A stretch of DNA of 64,000 bases from Candidatus Poribacteria bacterium (lineage in GTDB: Bacteria > Poribacteria > WGA-4E > PCPOR2b): NCBI GenBank assembly GCA_965198175.1, contig OZ240245.1, positions 1,856,001 to 1,920,000 of the forward strand, read 5' to 3'. Both the position numbers and the translations under genes were made by a program. Shown here in pieces: positions 20,956 through 31,330 of this stretch. The first letter of the stretch is position 1. Each line of letters opens with the position of its first letter. The notes under the pieces are model-generated. The model saw nothing but the letters and a program-made list of their open reading frames with translations. It did no database searches and was not told where the DNA came from.

Positions 20956-23900
20956 CTACCGCATCGACATCTCTGGACTCTTAATCTCCCGCCGCAGCAC
21001 CACGCCCCACTGTCCAACAGCCCAGAGTGTATTGCCTGACTCAGCTATAGCGATTCGGTATAGGTCGTTGCTGATATCGGTGTGCTCTCGCTCCCATGTG
21101 TCGCCGCCATCGGTCGAATGTAGAATTGTGCCTTTGGCTCCGACAGCATAGACCCGCTGATCGGTCAGTGCAATTACGCTGTAGAGATCCGTAGTGACAC
21201 CACTCGACAAGGGTTCCCAACTAAATCCACCTCCAGTGGTCCGGAGAATGATGCCGTAGCGTCCGACCGCCCATCCTCTGCGTTTGGTGATGAAGAACAC
21301 ACCATTCAAGTCGTAACCGGTATGCGTTTCATGATATTTCCAGTAGCCACCGCCGTTGATGGTTCTTTGTACTATGCCGTCGCGCCCGACCGCCCATCCG
21401 AGCGGCGCATAATTCATATTGATACCTAGCAGGTCGTTTGCAGTTGATGTTCGCTGTGGCGTCCAGACAGGACCGCCATCTTGGTTGTGGATTATCTGTC
21501 CCTCGTCGCCAGCCGCCCAACCTTGGGAAAACTCGCCAAACGCAACGTCGTTGATTGAGAATCTCCTCGGCGGATCTTCTTCGAATAAGCCGGGACGCAT
21601 CGGCGTTGGTCCGGAAGACCATTTTGAGCCGTCAGTTGTGTAGAACACTGTACCATCACGTTGCATCACCCAACCCCATTTTGGGGCGAGGCTGGGAAAA
21701 TGTACGCCGACAAGCGATTGCCGTGTGACAACGTTCAAGGTTTTCCAAGTGACTCCGCCATCATGTGTTTCCAGGAGCAGACCGTTATCGCCGGTCATCC
21801 AGCCCTGTTGGTCGCTGAGAAAGAGGACATCTATGGCGTCATCAAGTTTTTCACCGAGTTGCCGTTCCCAGGTTTCTCCACCATCCGCGGTGTGAAAGAT
21901 ATGTCCGGCATCGCCAACTGCCCAGGCAATTTTGTCATTGACGTAATATACCCTATTAAGTAAGCGGTTGCCACGTCTTCTATCGGGTGGACTCGGGCGA
22001 TCTTGTTGCGCATTCCTCTGCTGTCTCTGTGCTTCGTTGGAAGATGGTACGTTCTGTCCACCCAGGTCACCTTCTGGCGTGAAGCGTTCGGTGCGTTGAC
22101 GCCTATCGGTCATCTGCGATTGAATCTGTTCTGCGAAATCCACATCCAATCTGGAATTGTCGGTGTTACTCGGTTGGTCATTGCCTTCGCCGCTTACTTC
22201 TTCTCCTTCGCCAGCCCAAAGCGCAAACCAATCAATATCCGCTCCGCCAGCTATCCGAGGTGTGGTTGAGCCTTCGTGCTGTGGTACATTCGCCGCTTCC
22301 CACGTTTGACCGCCGCTACGCGTGATGAAAAGTGAACCATCTCTACTGAGAGCCCACGCCTCTTTATGGTTTCGGAAGGTTACCCGCCGAAGCCGGCCCG
22401 GTGACCGTCCGGGCTCTGAATTGACCCTTTTCCACGTTGCTCCTCCGTCATGAGTAGCAATTGATGAGCCGTTAGCCATGACGACCCAACCCGAAGTTGA
22501 ATCGGCAAAATAGACGCCAATTCCCGCTTGATTGGTCTTATCGAGTATTTTCCAGTAATCGCCTCCGTCGATGGTATGAAGAACTAGTCCACCCTCACGG
22601 CGATCGCTTAGTACCGCCCACCCTTCATTCAGATTGATGAAGTGAATGTCTGCAATGGGTTGGTCGGAGATGCCAGTCTGCTGACGCTGCCACGTCAACC
22701 CTCCATCGGTTGTACGGAGTATCCGCGCGGTATCAACCCCAAGCCACCCATCTTTTGAGTTCAAAAACTGCATTGCACTGATGCGTTGAAGGTTTTGCAG
22801 AACGCCTCTGACCACCTGCCATGTAGTTCCGCCATCCTCGGTCCGCAACAACATGCGACGCCCCGTAATCCATCCGTGCGATGAGTCAACAAAGGTTACT
22901 TGAGAGAGGTCTGTCTCAACACCGCTATGCTGCGGAAGCCACGTTTTTCCGCTATCCGTTGTGTGTGCAATAACGCCACCTTTCCCAACCGCCCAGCCGG
23001 TATGCTCATCAAAGAAGTATGTATCTGAAAAGTCGGTTTGCCATGCGGCACGACGGACGATGTCCCAATGATAGGTCACTTCCTCGACTGTTACATCGTC
23101 TTCAGGGGATTCGGGTTCTTCAACTACTGCCACGGGGGGCAGAGTCACGGGGAGTTCTGCTGAATCAACGGAATACCGCATGGCGATACCACCGCGACCG
23201 ACCATCACCACTCCTTCCGGTGAGAGCGAAAAGCCCATGAGGTCATTCTCCGTGCCACTCACCTGTTTTTCCCAGCTTGCGCCGCCATCAGTTGTCGTTA
23301 GAATTGTCCCTTTGTCGCCGACGATGATGCCGTGCAAAGTATCAGCGAGGTAGATTTTATTGAGATTCTCCTTTATACCGCTCGGCTGGAATTTCCATGT
23401 TTGGCCGCCGTCCTTCGTGCGCAGAATCTCTCCGAACTGTCCAACGATCCAACCGTTATTGCTGTCCGTAAAGTGGACCGCGTAAAGTTCGTTGAAGGTT
23501 CCGGACGTCTGTGGTGTCCATGACATCCCGCCGTTCGTCGTGTGATTGACGATCCCCGGCCAGCCGACGGCCCAGCCCTCTTTCCCATTCAGAAAGAAGA
23601 CCCCTTTGAGCGATAGAAATTCCGTCGCTGTTTGGGAAACCCAGGATTCGCCGCCGTCAGCAGTGTAAAGCACTGTGCCGAGTTCACCGACTACCCACCC
23701 CTTCTGCGGCGTCACAAAGTAGACACCGTTAAGCATGTGCCCCTGGCCGGCGTATTGCCGCTCCCACGTCCGTCCTCCATCGGTCGTGTGGGCGATCATG
23801 TTCCGTTCGCCAATCAGCCAACCTTGTTTATCGGATATGAAAAAGACGTTTCGAATATTGTCCCAGATGTCAGTATCAATCTCCTCCCACGTTTGCCCGC

Positions 23901-24996
23901 CATCTTCCGTGATTGCAATCGTCCCTCGCTTCCCGACAGCAACCGCGCGGTTCTCCGAAGCGAATTGAATGTTTTCGAGGTCGTTTGACGTGGTTCCGCT
24001 TTTCATCGTCCACGTACTTCCACCGTCCTTCGAGAGCATAATCGTGCCGTGCCATCCGACCGCCCACGCTTCACTCTGGCTTGTGAACTGAACCGCCATC
24101 AGGTTGTTTTCTGTGCCACTCTCTAATAATTGCCAGTTGTTGCCCCCATCTTCGGTGAACGTGATAAAGCCGATATCGGCAACCGCCAAACCACGGTGTT
24201 TGTCCACAAAGTGAAGTCCGTTGACGGTCTCCCTAACATGACCATTGATGCTCGGAATTCGGCTGTCCTGACCCTTCCATCTTGCGCCGCCGTTCTGCGT
24301 GTGGTAAACTGAACCATCGCTGCCAGCCATCCAGCCTTCGTTATCGTTGATGAAGAAGACACGTCGGTTGTCATTCACCAATCGATTTCGCACGATACCT
24401 TCGCGAGTAGTCTGTTCTCGCCAGGTGTCACCGCCATCGTCTGTGCGACGCACGCTCTCATATTCACCGACAGCCCAGCCCCGACGATTGTCGACAAACC
24501 AGACGCCGTTTAGGGTAAAGTCGCTCACATATTGCTGACGCTCCCACGTTTTTCCGCCGTTCTTTGTAGCAATCACGTAGTTATCTTCTCCCACTACCCA
24601 GCCTTCGCCAGAATTGGCAAAGACAACGTCTCTGAGCATGGCTGAAGTGTTGCTTTTCTGTAGATGCCAGTGTCTGCCACCATCATCGGTTGCGACGATT
24701 ACGCCATTGTCTCCTACTACCCAGCCGTATTTTCGGTTCGTAAAGTAAACGGCTTTAAAATCTTCCTCGATCCCAACTTCTTCACGGGTCCATGTCTTGC
24801 CACCATCAATTGTGTGAATGATAAACCCCTTTTCTCCGACGATCCAGCCGTGTTTGGGGCTGGTGAAGTGGAGATCTGTGAAATGAGTTTCCCAATCAGC
24901 CTTGCGGGTGACCTCCTCCTTACATCCGATCAGTAGCACCGCGAACGAGAAAGAGACTGTCAAGACTTGACAGATGCGTTGAAATGTCAGTTTCAT
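20956..24996 (-). CDS. Giant YCF48/BNR-repeat multi-propeller lipoprotein
   Basis: Lipobox VLLIGC; more than 20 repeats of F.....GWAVG..G.I..T.DGG.TW. Confidence 0.88.
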   Translation of the reverse strand: MKLTFQRICQVLTVSFSFAVLLIGCKEEVTRKADWETHFTDLHFTSPKHGWIVGEKGFIIHTIDGGKTWTREEVGIEEDFKAVYFTNRKYGWVVGDNGVIVATDDGGRHWHLQKSNTSAMLRDVVFANSGEGWVVGEDNYVIATKNGGKTWERQQYVSDFTLNGVWFVDNRRGWAVGEYESVRRTDDGGDTWREQTTREGIVRNRLVNDNRRVFFINDNEGWMAGSDGSVYHTQNGGARWKGQDSRIPSINGHVRETVNGLHFVDKHRGLAVADIGFITFTEDGGNNWQLLESGTENNLMAVQFTSQSEAWAVGWHGTIMLSKDGGSTWTMKSGTTSNDLENIQFASENRAVAVGKRGTIAITEDGGQTWEEIDTDIWDNIRNVFFISDKQGWLIGERNMIAHTTDGGRTWERQYAGQGHMLNGVYFVTPQKGWVVGELGTVLYTADGGESWVSQTATEFLSLKGVFFLNGKEGWAVGWPGIVNHTTNGGMSWTPQTSGTFNELYAVHFTDSNNGWIVGQFGEILRTKDGGQTWKFQPSGIKENLNKIYLADTLHGIIVGDKGTILTTTDGGASWEKQVSGTENDLMGFSLSPEGVVMVGRGGIAMRYSVDSAELPVTLPPVAVVEEPESPEDDVTVEEVTYHWDIVRRAAWQTDFSDTYFFDEHTGWAVGKGGVIAHTTDSGKTWLPQHSGVETDLSQVTFVDSSHGWITGRRMLLRTEDGGTTWQVVRGVLQNLQRISAMQFLNSKDGWLGVDTARILRTTDGGLTWQRQQTGISDQPIADIHFINLNEGWAVLSDRREGGLVLHTIDGGDYWKILDKTNQAGIGVYFADSTSGWVVMANGSSIATHDGGATWKRVNSEPGRSPGRLRRVTFRNHKEAWALSRDGSLFITRSGGQTWEAANVPQHEGSTTPRIAGGADIDWFALWAGEGEEVSGEGNDQPSNTDNSRLDVDFAEQIQSQMTDRRQRTERFTPEGDLGGQNVPSSNEAQRQQRNAQQDRPSPPDRRRGNRLLNRVYYVNDKIAWAVGDAGHIFHTADGGETWERQLGEKLDDAIDVLFLSDQQGWMTGDNGLLLETHDGGVTWKTLNVVTRQSLVGVHFPSLAPKWGWVMQRDGTVFYTTDGSKWSSGPTPMRPGLFEEDPPRRFSINDVAFGEFSQGWAAGDEGQIIHNQDGGPVWTPQRTSTANDLLGINMNYAPLGWAVGRDGIVQRTINGGGYWKYHETHTGYDLNGVFFITKRRGWAVGRYGIILRTTGGGFSWEPLSSGVTTDLYSVIALTDQRVYAVGAKGTILHSTDGGDTWEREHTDISNDLYRIAIAESGNTLWAVGQWGVVLRREIKSPEMSMR

Positions 24997-25027
24997 CTAT
25001 GTCCTCCTGACGCATGTTTTGAGCGCT

Positions 25028-25678
25028 TCAAACCTGTTTGGAGTCGCTGGACTTAGTGGGTGTAGACTCACTGAGCGGAAATCGCTCGTTTATTAACATT
25101 ATCGGTTGTCCATCGGCGACGATGCGATAGGCGCGAGTAAGGAACGGTTTCTCCCGCAAATGAGCAAGATGTTCCGGCAAATCTTTCGGGCGTTCAAAAC
25201 CGCACCACAGTAGGTCACGACGAGTTTCCAAGCCACTACGCTTCAACAGTTCCCCTAAACCATCACTCTTGAGTTTTAAGCCTTGCTCAATGATTGTTGG
25301 GGTTCGGTTCAGCACAATGAGGGAAGTCGCATAGGTATGGATTGTCGGGGGTTGACCAACATTCTGCTCCGTTTGCAATGACACCTGACGTCGAATTACA
25401 GCCGTGCCTTTTTCGGTTTCGAGCCAAACGTGATCTGTAGAGAGGGTTTGCGTTTCCTGCGTGAGCAACACAACATTGACGGGCGAAAGTGTATAGGCTT
25501 CGAGGAACCGCGTAACTGTCCCATCGGTGACCAAGAGCGCACGATGTAACGGTGTTAATCGACTCAGGTCGATTTCCTCTAGGTCCGCGGGTTTTTCATA
25601 TTGGGCGATAAAAAGATTTGTTATTTGCTTTTCGGTATCATGAGTTACTTCGCCAATCTCATTCTCATTTGATATCAC
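25028..25678 (-). CDS. Chorismate pyruvate-lyase-like protein (DUF98/Rv2949c/UbiC fold)
   Basis: RALLVTDGTVTRFLEAY, RRQVSL, YATSLI, GLGELL...LETRRDL, RAYRI...PIMLINERFP. Confidence 0.75.
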   Translation of the reverse strand: MISNENEIGEVTHDTEKQITNLFIAQYEKPADLEEIDLSRLTPLHRALLVTDGTVTRFLEAYTLSPVNVVLLTQETQTLSTDHVWLETEKGTAVIRRQVSLQTEQNVGQPPTIHTYATSLIVLNRTPTIIEQGLKLKSDGLGELLKRSGLETRRDLLWCGFERPKDLPEHLAHLREKPFLTRAYRIVADGQPIMLINERFPLSESTPTKSSDSKQV

Positions 25679-25684
25679 AATCTT

Positions 25685-26140
25685 TTACTCTACTCCGTCC
25701 GTTGACGCTTCCAATATTTGATACAGTTCAAATTCAGGGGCACCGGCTTGTACCTTCATCTGTTCGCCATATTCTCTCAAGTCTGCTGGCGTTGCGGCCA
25801 ACAGCTTAAGAAAATCGCTGGCATGCGCTAGCTCCGCCATCATTACGAAATCGGGCTGATTGGTTTGGAACTGTTCCGATCGTCCGGGCATCTGCATCCG
25901 CTTCAGTGCCGTAATTTTTAAGCCTTCTATCCCTTTTGCCGCAGGCAACAGTTTCTGTACCATCAGTTTTTCGGCAATATCTGCGTCTCCTGTCGGGGTT
26001 AGGCGCAACTTGCCAAACACAAGGATGGAGTACTTGGGCGAAGCCTTTTGTTGGGCTTTAGCCATGAGGGAGACGCCTATTCCCGAGATACATACAAGAA
26101 CAAGCCCAATACTTATAGTTTTGAAAAGCGATCGCGTCAT
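25685..26140 (-). CDS. Exported hypothetical protein
   Basis: 151 aa, signal peptide, GAGGTG RBS, 6 bp from the next gene. Confidence 0.7.
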   Translation of the reverse strand: MTRSLFKTISIGLVLVCISGIGVSLMAKAQQKASPKYSILVFGKLRLTPTGDADIAEKLMVQKLLPAAKGIEGLKITALKRMQMPGRSEQFQTNQPDFVMMAELAHASDFLKLLAATPADLREYGEQMKVQAGAPEFELYQILEASTDGVE

Positions 26141-26351
26141 TGTTGTTCACCTCGTTCAGAAATTGAGTATTTGAATCGCGTATATATTCAACGCGCCGAA
26201 TGCACCTTTAGTTCAGGCATTCTCCGTCGTTTACCGTATACTTAAGGACGGATTAAGTTCAAAAAGCGTTTACCTCGCCTGGATTGCAGAAGACGGATGA
26301 GCCCTTTACGGTGGAATAATACAACGGTTTCTAAACTTATCTTACGGTGCA

Positions 26352-27506
26352 CTACGTCCCGTTGAGGACATCTGCGACCTTCACCCAGCGTTCTTCTTCA
26401 ATCGACTGACCGACCGCCTCAAGGACAGCCTGCACTCCTACCGCTTCACGGAAATCAGGCGACGGAGATTTGCGCTCGGCGACACCGTTGAGAAAATCGT
26501 AGACAGTATGTACAAATGCCGCGTCGTACCCAATCCCCAGTCCGGGTGGCCACCAATGGCTCCCATAAGGGTGATTGTCCTGACCGATGAAAATGGTGCG
26601 ATAGCCTTGGGTTTGAACGGGTTCACGCCAAGAAAAGAAGCGCAATTCATTCATCCGTTCGAAGTCAAAATACAGGCTGCCTAGGCTGCCGTTAATCTCG
26701 AATATGAAACGATCACGGCTGCCACCTGCGAATCGGGTCGCCTCAAAGCTACCGATTGCACCGTTCTCGAAACGCGCCAGGAATAGCGCGCCATCGTCCA
26801 CGTTCACCGCTCCCGTTGTGTATCCGGATTTTTGCTCAGAAGGAAGCAGAGGGCGTTCCTTGACGAAAGTTTCAGTTAATCCAATTGATTTCTCAATAGG
26901 ACCAATAAGGTAATGCGCCAAATCTATCAGGTGAGATCCCAGATCGCCGAGCGAACCGCTGCCGGCTCGCTCGCGTTGAAATCGCCAGGTGATAGGGATT
27001 TCAGGGCTAGTAGCCCAATCTGACAACCAGCACCCACGCCAGTGATAGACTTCGCCAACTTCGCCCGCTTCTATCAACTCACGAGCCATCACAACCGCGG
27101 GGACTCGACGGTAGTTAAAATTGACCATGTTAACCACGCCCGCCGCCTCAACCGCTTGAGCCATTTCTAGCGCATCTGGCAGAGAGTTAGCCAACGGCTT
27201 TTCACACAAGATGTGCTTGCCCTGTCGCGCTGCCGCTAGCGCGATGGGGCGATGCATATCTCCCGGCACCGAGATGTCGATGATTTGAATGTCATCACGC
27301 TCCACAACCTCCTCCCAGCAAGTGCTGTACTCCTGCCAGCCGTAGCGGGCAGCTGCATTGCGGACTCCCGTTTCGTCACGACCGCAGATTACCCGCGGTT
27401 CAGGTCTTACTTTCGGATCAAAGAGCCCGATGGCATCACGGTACGCCCGCGAGTGGACCTTTCCCATAAACTTGTAACCTATCATTGCTACGCCTAGAGT
27501 CTCCAT
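26352..27506 (-). CDS. Gfo/Idh/MocA family oxidoreductase
   Basis: IGYKFMG, KHILCEKPLA, FNYRRVP, GSLGDLGSHLID. Confidence 0.93.
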   Translation of the reverse strand: METLGVAMIGYKFMGKVHSRAYRDAIGLFDPKVRPEPRVICGRDETGVRNAAARYGWQEYSTCWEEVVERDDIQIIDISVPGDMHRPIALAAARQGKHILCEKPLANSLPDALEMAQAVEAAGVVNMVNFNYRRVPAVVMARELIEAGEVGEVYHWRGCWLSDWATSPEIPITWRFQRERAGSGSLGDLGSHLIDLAHYLIGPIEKSIGLTETFVKERPLLPSEQKSGYTTGAVNVDDGALFLARFENGAIGSFEATRFAGGSRDRFIFEINGSLGSLYFDFERMNELRFFSWREPVQTQGYRTIFIGQDNHPYGSHWWPPGLGIGYDAAFVHTVYDFLNGVAERKSPSPDFREAVGVQAVLEAVGQSIEEERWVKVADVLNGT

Positions 27507-27670
27507 ATATAACTAATCCTCCTTTTAGTCAAGCGATGTATCCACCCGTGTGCCACACTAGGACGTTGAAATGAATCGATTCGATCTTCGCCTTGTTTCG
27601 CGGACCCAACCAGGAAGTTTTTTTCTGACCGACTGCATTTACTACATTTTTCGGCTCTGTACGAGCGGAT

Positions 27671-29014
27671 TTAATTCGGCGTTAGCATCTCAATCTTGGT
27701 TCGGACAGCTTTCCGATCGATAAAGGCCGTATACATTGGAGTTATTTCACGAACATACTTTCGCGCCCCACCGCCAGCTGCAGGCCCGTTGAGAAAGAGA
27801 CTCTCAACCTCTTCGCCCACTCTTTCCGCTTGACTCCGTGTGCCTGCTCGCCCGCTGATACGCAATCGAATTTCAGATGGTGGACTTTGCAACGATAGGG
27901 AATTCCCTTGATACAGATGATTCACGCCAATAAATTCAACTCGCAGTTCACTCAGTTCGACGCATTCAGATTCCAGCCATTCATGCACACATGTTGCAGC
28001 AAGTTGAGCCCGTTCATAGGCGCCGGGACCTCCATAGGAAATTTCACCTTCTCCAATATAGCCTTCTTGAACACATAACAGCACACGAAGCCTGTCCGGA
28101 TGCGACCTTCCTTTCCCACCAAACACCTGCACCCGGTCTGGACCCACCTGTTTGAAACGCACATCGGTCAGATCTGACACTGCGTCGGGAGTTATCAGGC
28201 TTGAGGGATCGCGGACCTCATATAACAGTTGTTCTTTACATGTACCCACGCTGACTTGTCCTCCGCTGCCGGGCACTTTTGTGATATAGGCGCGTTCGTC
28301 CTCATAAATCTCAAGGACGGGATAACCGAGACGTGCAAGATTGTCCACTTCCTTATAGCCGGGATCGGCATAGTAGCCGCCGCTAATTTGGCAACCGCAC
28401 TCCATGAGATGACCTAGCATGACCGTGCGACCTACCCGGTTCCAATCATCGCTCGCCCAACCGAATTCATACAGCAAGGGCGCTACGAACAGCGAGGGAT
28501 CCGCGACACGACCCGTGATTACCACAGCCGCACCCTGTCGCAGCGCCTCTAGGATGGGGCACGAGCCGAGATAGATATTCGCCGACACCAATTTCTCTTG
28601 AATCTCCTGAGAACTGAGTTCCAACTCATGGAGTAGAAGATCCCCGCGTTTCACCTCGTCAAGAATATCGTCGCCAGTGACAACCGCCACGACGAGGTTG
28701 TCGATCCCCATTTCTTGCATCATATGAACCACCAATTCGCCCGCCGCTCGTGGGTTCGCTGCTCCCATATTCGTAATGATCTTTATGTTCTTTTTCGCGC
28801 ACGATTCTAGTATGGCACGCATACGTCTCTCGAATAAAGGGTCATATCCTTTCGACGGGTCAAGCCGTCTACGCTGTTGGGCAAGCATAATCGTTCGTTC
28901 AGCGAGGCATTCGAATACGATGTAATCGATATCGCCCGATTCTACCAACTCGATTGCAGGCGGAATTCTGTCTCCCGAAAAACCGGCACCTCCGCCGATT
29001 CGTATCTTCTTCAT
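27671..29014 (-). CDS. Acyclic terpene utilization AtuA family protein (DUF1446)
   Basis: IRIGGGAGFSGDR, FECLAERT, TNMGAANP, TGRVADPSL, GHLMECG, KEQLLYE, NGPAAGGG. Confidence 0.88.
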   Translation of the reverse strand: MKKIRIGGGAGFSGDRIPPAIELVESGDIDYIVFECLAERTIMLAQQRRRLDPSKGYDPLFERRMRAILESCAKKNIKIITNMGAANPRAAGELVVHMMQEMGIDNLVVAVVTGDDILDEVKRGDLLLHELELSSQEIQEKLVSANIYLGSCPILEALRQGAAVVITGRVADPSLFVAPLLYEFGWASDDWNRVGRTVMLGHLMECGCQISGGYYADPGYKEVDNLARLGYPVLEIYEDERAYITKVPGSGGQVSVGTCKEQLLYEVRDPSSLITPDAVSDLTDVRFKQVGPDRVQVFGGKGRSHPDRLRVLLCVQEGYIGEGEISYGGPGAYERAQLAATCVHEWLESECVELSELRVEFIGVNHLYQGNSLSLQSPPSEIRLRISGRAGTRSQAERVGEEVESLFLNGPAAGGGARKYVREITPMYTAFIDRKAVRTKIEMLTPN

Positions 29015-29113
29015 TGCATCCTCGGAAAATGCTTTGTGTTGCTTCGAATATTGATATGGCTGGTCCCAGCCCGAATGTGCAAGGCGCCGCTCGACGCATC
29101 GCGCACTGCTTTG

Positions 29114-29953
29114 TCAAATTGCGCGATTCTCATTGGAATACTCGTCGTTCGTCTGACCGACGCCTATCCATACGCCACGAAATAGGGTCCGCCGCTTTGG
29201 CGGCATCGCCATGACAGTTTCGTGAGGTGGTGCCCCGTAATGCCACTTTGCCGATGCGTGCATATAGTGGAAAAAAAGCGCCATACGTTCATTCTCCGGA
29301 TCCAGCCACTGTGGACCTCCGTGACAAATCGATTCCGTGAAGAACAACACAGAACCTGCTGGACACTCATAGGTTTCAAACAATGGGCTGTCAATCTGAC
29401 GGTGCTCCGGTGGGATTGGGAAGTTACTTTTGTGACTCCCGGACATGAACAGTGTGCCCCCCATCCATTTCTTCACAAGGTTCAACTCCCACACTACCCG
29501 AGTCACCGGCGAAGCAATGCTACCATTGAACACACGGAAACTGTGAGTTGGGAACATCTCAACTCCACCGTTATGCGGCGGTGATGGCGGCGGATCTGAG
29601 GCGCTGCGAGTCGGATCATAGGTTCGGCGCGTGAGATTCCAGGCATCGCAACGGAAACCGTAAGTTTTCGGCTCTTCACCTAATTCTGGAGGCACGTCTC
29701 GGTCGCGTGACTTCTGCCGGGAAGCGATAATCTCGTTTAACACGCCCACTACGACCGGATGATCTAACAGTTGGGAAGATGCTCCCCCACAAACATGCCT
29801 TTCTCTCTCAGGAAGCGACTCTGGGTTAAATTGCAAGGCATCTAGAAATTCCTTAATCTCTCTAATCTCGTCTGGTTGTAACACCGATGGAATCAGCAGC
29901 CAACCCTTCAAATCAAAGATAAACCGCTGTTCGTCGGTCATAGAATAAGTCAT
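29114..29953 (-). CDS. PhyH-family Fe(II)/2-oxoglutarate oxygenase with a non-canonical HxG motif
   Basis: FDLKGWLLIPSVL, PHNGG, VVWEL, GGTLFMSGSHK, PAGSVLFFTESICHG, R in the final strand. Confidence 0.8.
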   Translation of the reverse strand: MTYSMTDEQRFIFDLKGWLLIPSVLQPDEIREIKEFLDALQFNPESLPERERHVCGGASSQLLDHPVVVGVLNEIIASRQKSRDRDVPPELGEEPKTYGFRCDAWNLTRRTYDPTRSASDPPPSPPHNGGVEMFPTHSFRVFNGSIASPVTRVVWELNLVKKWMGGTLFMSGSHKSNFPIPPEHRQIDSPLFETYECPAGSVLFFTESICHGGPQWLDPENERMALFFHYMHASAKWHYGAPPHETVMAMPPKRRTLFRGVWIGVGQTNDEYSNENRAI

Positions 29954-30208
29954 GATTCAAATTCCTCTATAAGTGGGGAAGATTTGCTATTTATTCTCAA
30001 GGCTGGAACCACAGTGCTAGTGCTATTGAGAAACTGAGTCTTGCGTAAAGTGTTCCGCACGTCCAAGCCTAATTTAGTTGACAAACTTCGCTCTGGCGGG
30101 GGAGCGTTTTGTAGAACTAGACAACTATTACGATTTAACACGTAGCGTCTCATTTCAGATTATCTTTACTCCATCCGTTTGGCTTTAGCGCCTTTACATC
30201 CTTTTTTG

Positions 30209-30237
30209 TTGCAAAATTGTCACCTAATTGCTATAAT
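30209..30237 (+). promoter_or_regulatory. Sigma70-type promoter for the 30385 PhyH gene
   Basis: TTGCAA-17 nt-TATAAT with TGn extended -10. Confidence 0.65.
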
Positions 30238-30384
30238 TGCATGATTCAGGGGCAAGGCAGAACGTAGAGCATTTACCACAGGTGCCTACATATTCTGCCG
30301 AGATTAGAATACTAGATGAAGTTCGTATAGCCTTAGCAATGAATGTACATCGTCAACTAGATTAGGAGGCAAAAGACAGAATCC

Positions 30385-31143
30385 ATGAACGATGATATCA
30401 GAGCTGCGATTGACTCAGTTAACGCCTACGGCTACTGCGTCCTAGAAAATCTCATTTCCCAAGACATGGCCCGCAGCATGGCGGAGCGATTCTTGGAAAT
30501 TCACGCAAATCCCGAATACGGGCGCTATAACACCGGCGACCAATACTATCAGACGCTGTTTGGCATGTTAAACTTGGACGACCGGGTCTGGATCTGCGCC
30601 AGTCATCCGGACACCGTAGCCATTTGCAGACATTTTCTAGGTGAAAATTGTCGTGTCGCCGAGGCATGTTCCAAACCAACATGGCCTGGAGCGGGACCTC
30701 AAGGGCTGCACGTCGATTCCGCCGCGCATTTCGTTGAGGTACCGGACGTACCGTGGATAATGAATAGTATCTGGATGCTCACAGACTTCACCATTGAAAA
30801 CGGTGCTACGGGCATTGTGCCCATGAGCCATCGGTCCCGTCTCAAGGGCCCACCGCCAGGAATTACTCCGGATAGCCCGCTTATCAAGCCGGTCACGGGC
30901 CGCGCGGGTTCCGTGATGATGTGGCACGGAGGTTTGTACCACATGGCTCGCCCCAATTCAACCACCGACGAGATTCGTGTGGGGCTAAACATCGCTTACT
31001 ACCCGCGTTGGTTCAACAACTGGAACGAAGGTGGCCACCAACCGCTCTGGCCTGAGACGTATGAGCGCATGCCTCCGGAAATGAAGCGCCTGTGCCCCGG
31101 TCGTCTGGGGCATAACCGAGCAGATGTCTACGAACATATTTGA
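30385..31143 (+). CDS. Phytanoyl-CoA dioxygenase (PhyH) family protein
   Basis: GYCVLE, LHVD (HxD), WMLTDFTIENGATGIVPMSH, AGSVMMWHGGLYH, R; AGGAGG RBS. Confidence 0.9.
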   Translation: MNDDIRAAIDSVNAYGYCVLENLISQDMARSMAERFLEIHANPEYGRYNTGDQYYQTLFGMLNLDDRVWICASHPDTVAICRHFLGENCRVAEACSKPTWPGAGPQGLHVDSAAHFVEVPDVPWIMNSIWMLTDFTIENGATGIVPMSHRSRLKGPPPGITPDSPLIKPVTGRAGSVMMWHGGLYHMARPNSTTDEIRVGLNIAYYPRWFNNWNEGGHQPLWPETYERMPPEMKRLCPGRLGHNRADVYEHI

Positions 31144-31272
31144 ACCGTATTCCTCGGAATATCGGAGTTCGACCACTTCACTTGGTTCGGATCTTCGTTG
31201 CGACAACCTGTAATTAGAAAGAGTTGCTGCCGCTGGGGACTTAATACCTAATCTTGGTTGAAATTTCCCAGC

Positions 31273-31330
31273 TTCCCATCACAGCCCCGAGTAAGAAACT
31301 TTGGAAACCCTATCGGGGCTACGATGGGAA
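31273..31330. repeat. 18-bp imperfect inverted repeat (hairpin) between convergent genes
   Basis: TTCCCATCACAGCCCCGA ... TCGGGGCTACGATGGGAA (16/18 complementary). Confidence 0.7.

Noticed and set aside
20956..24996. Photosystem II assembly role for the YCF48-like protein
   Set aside because: No photosynthesis genes are present, and the repeat family is widespread in non-phototrophs
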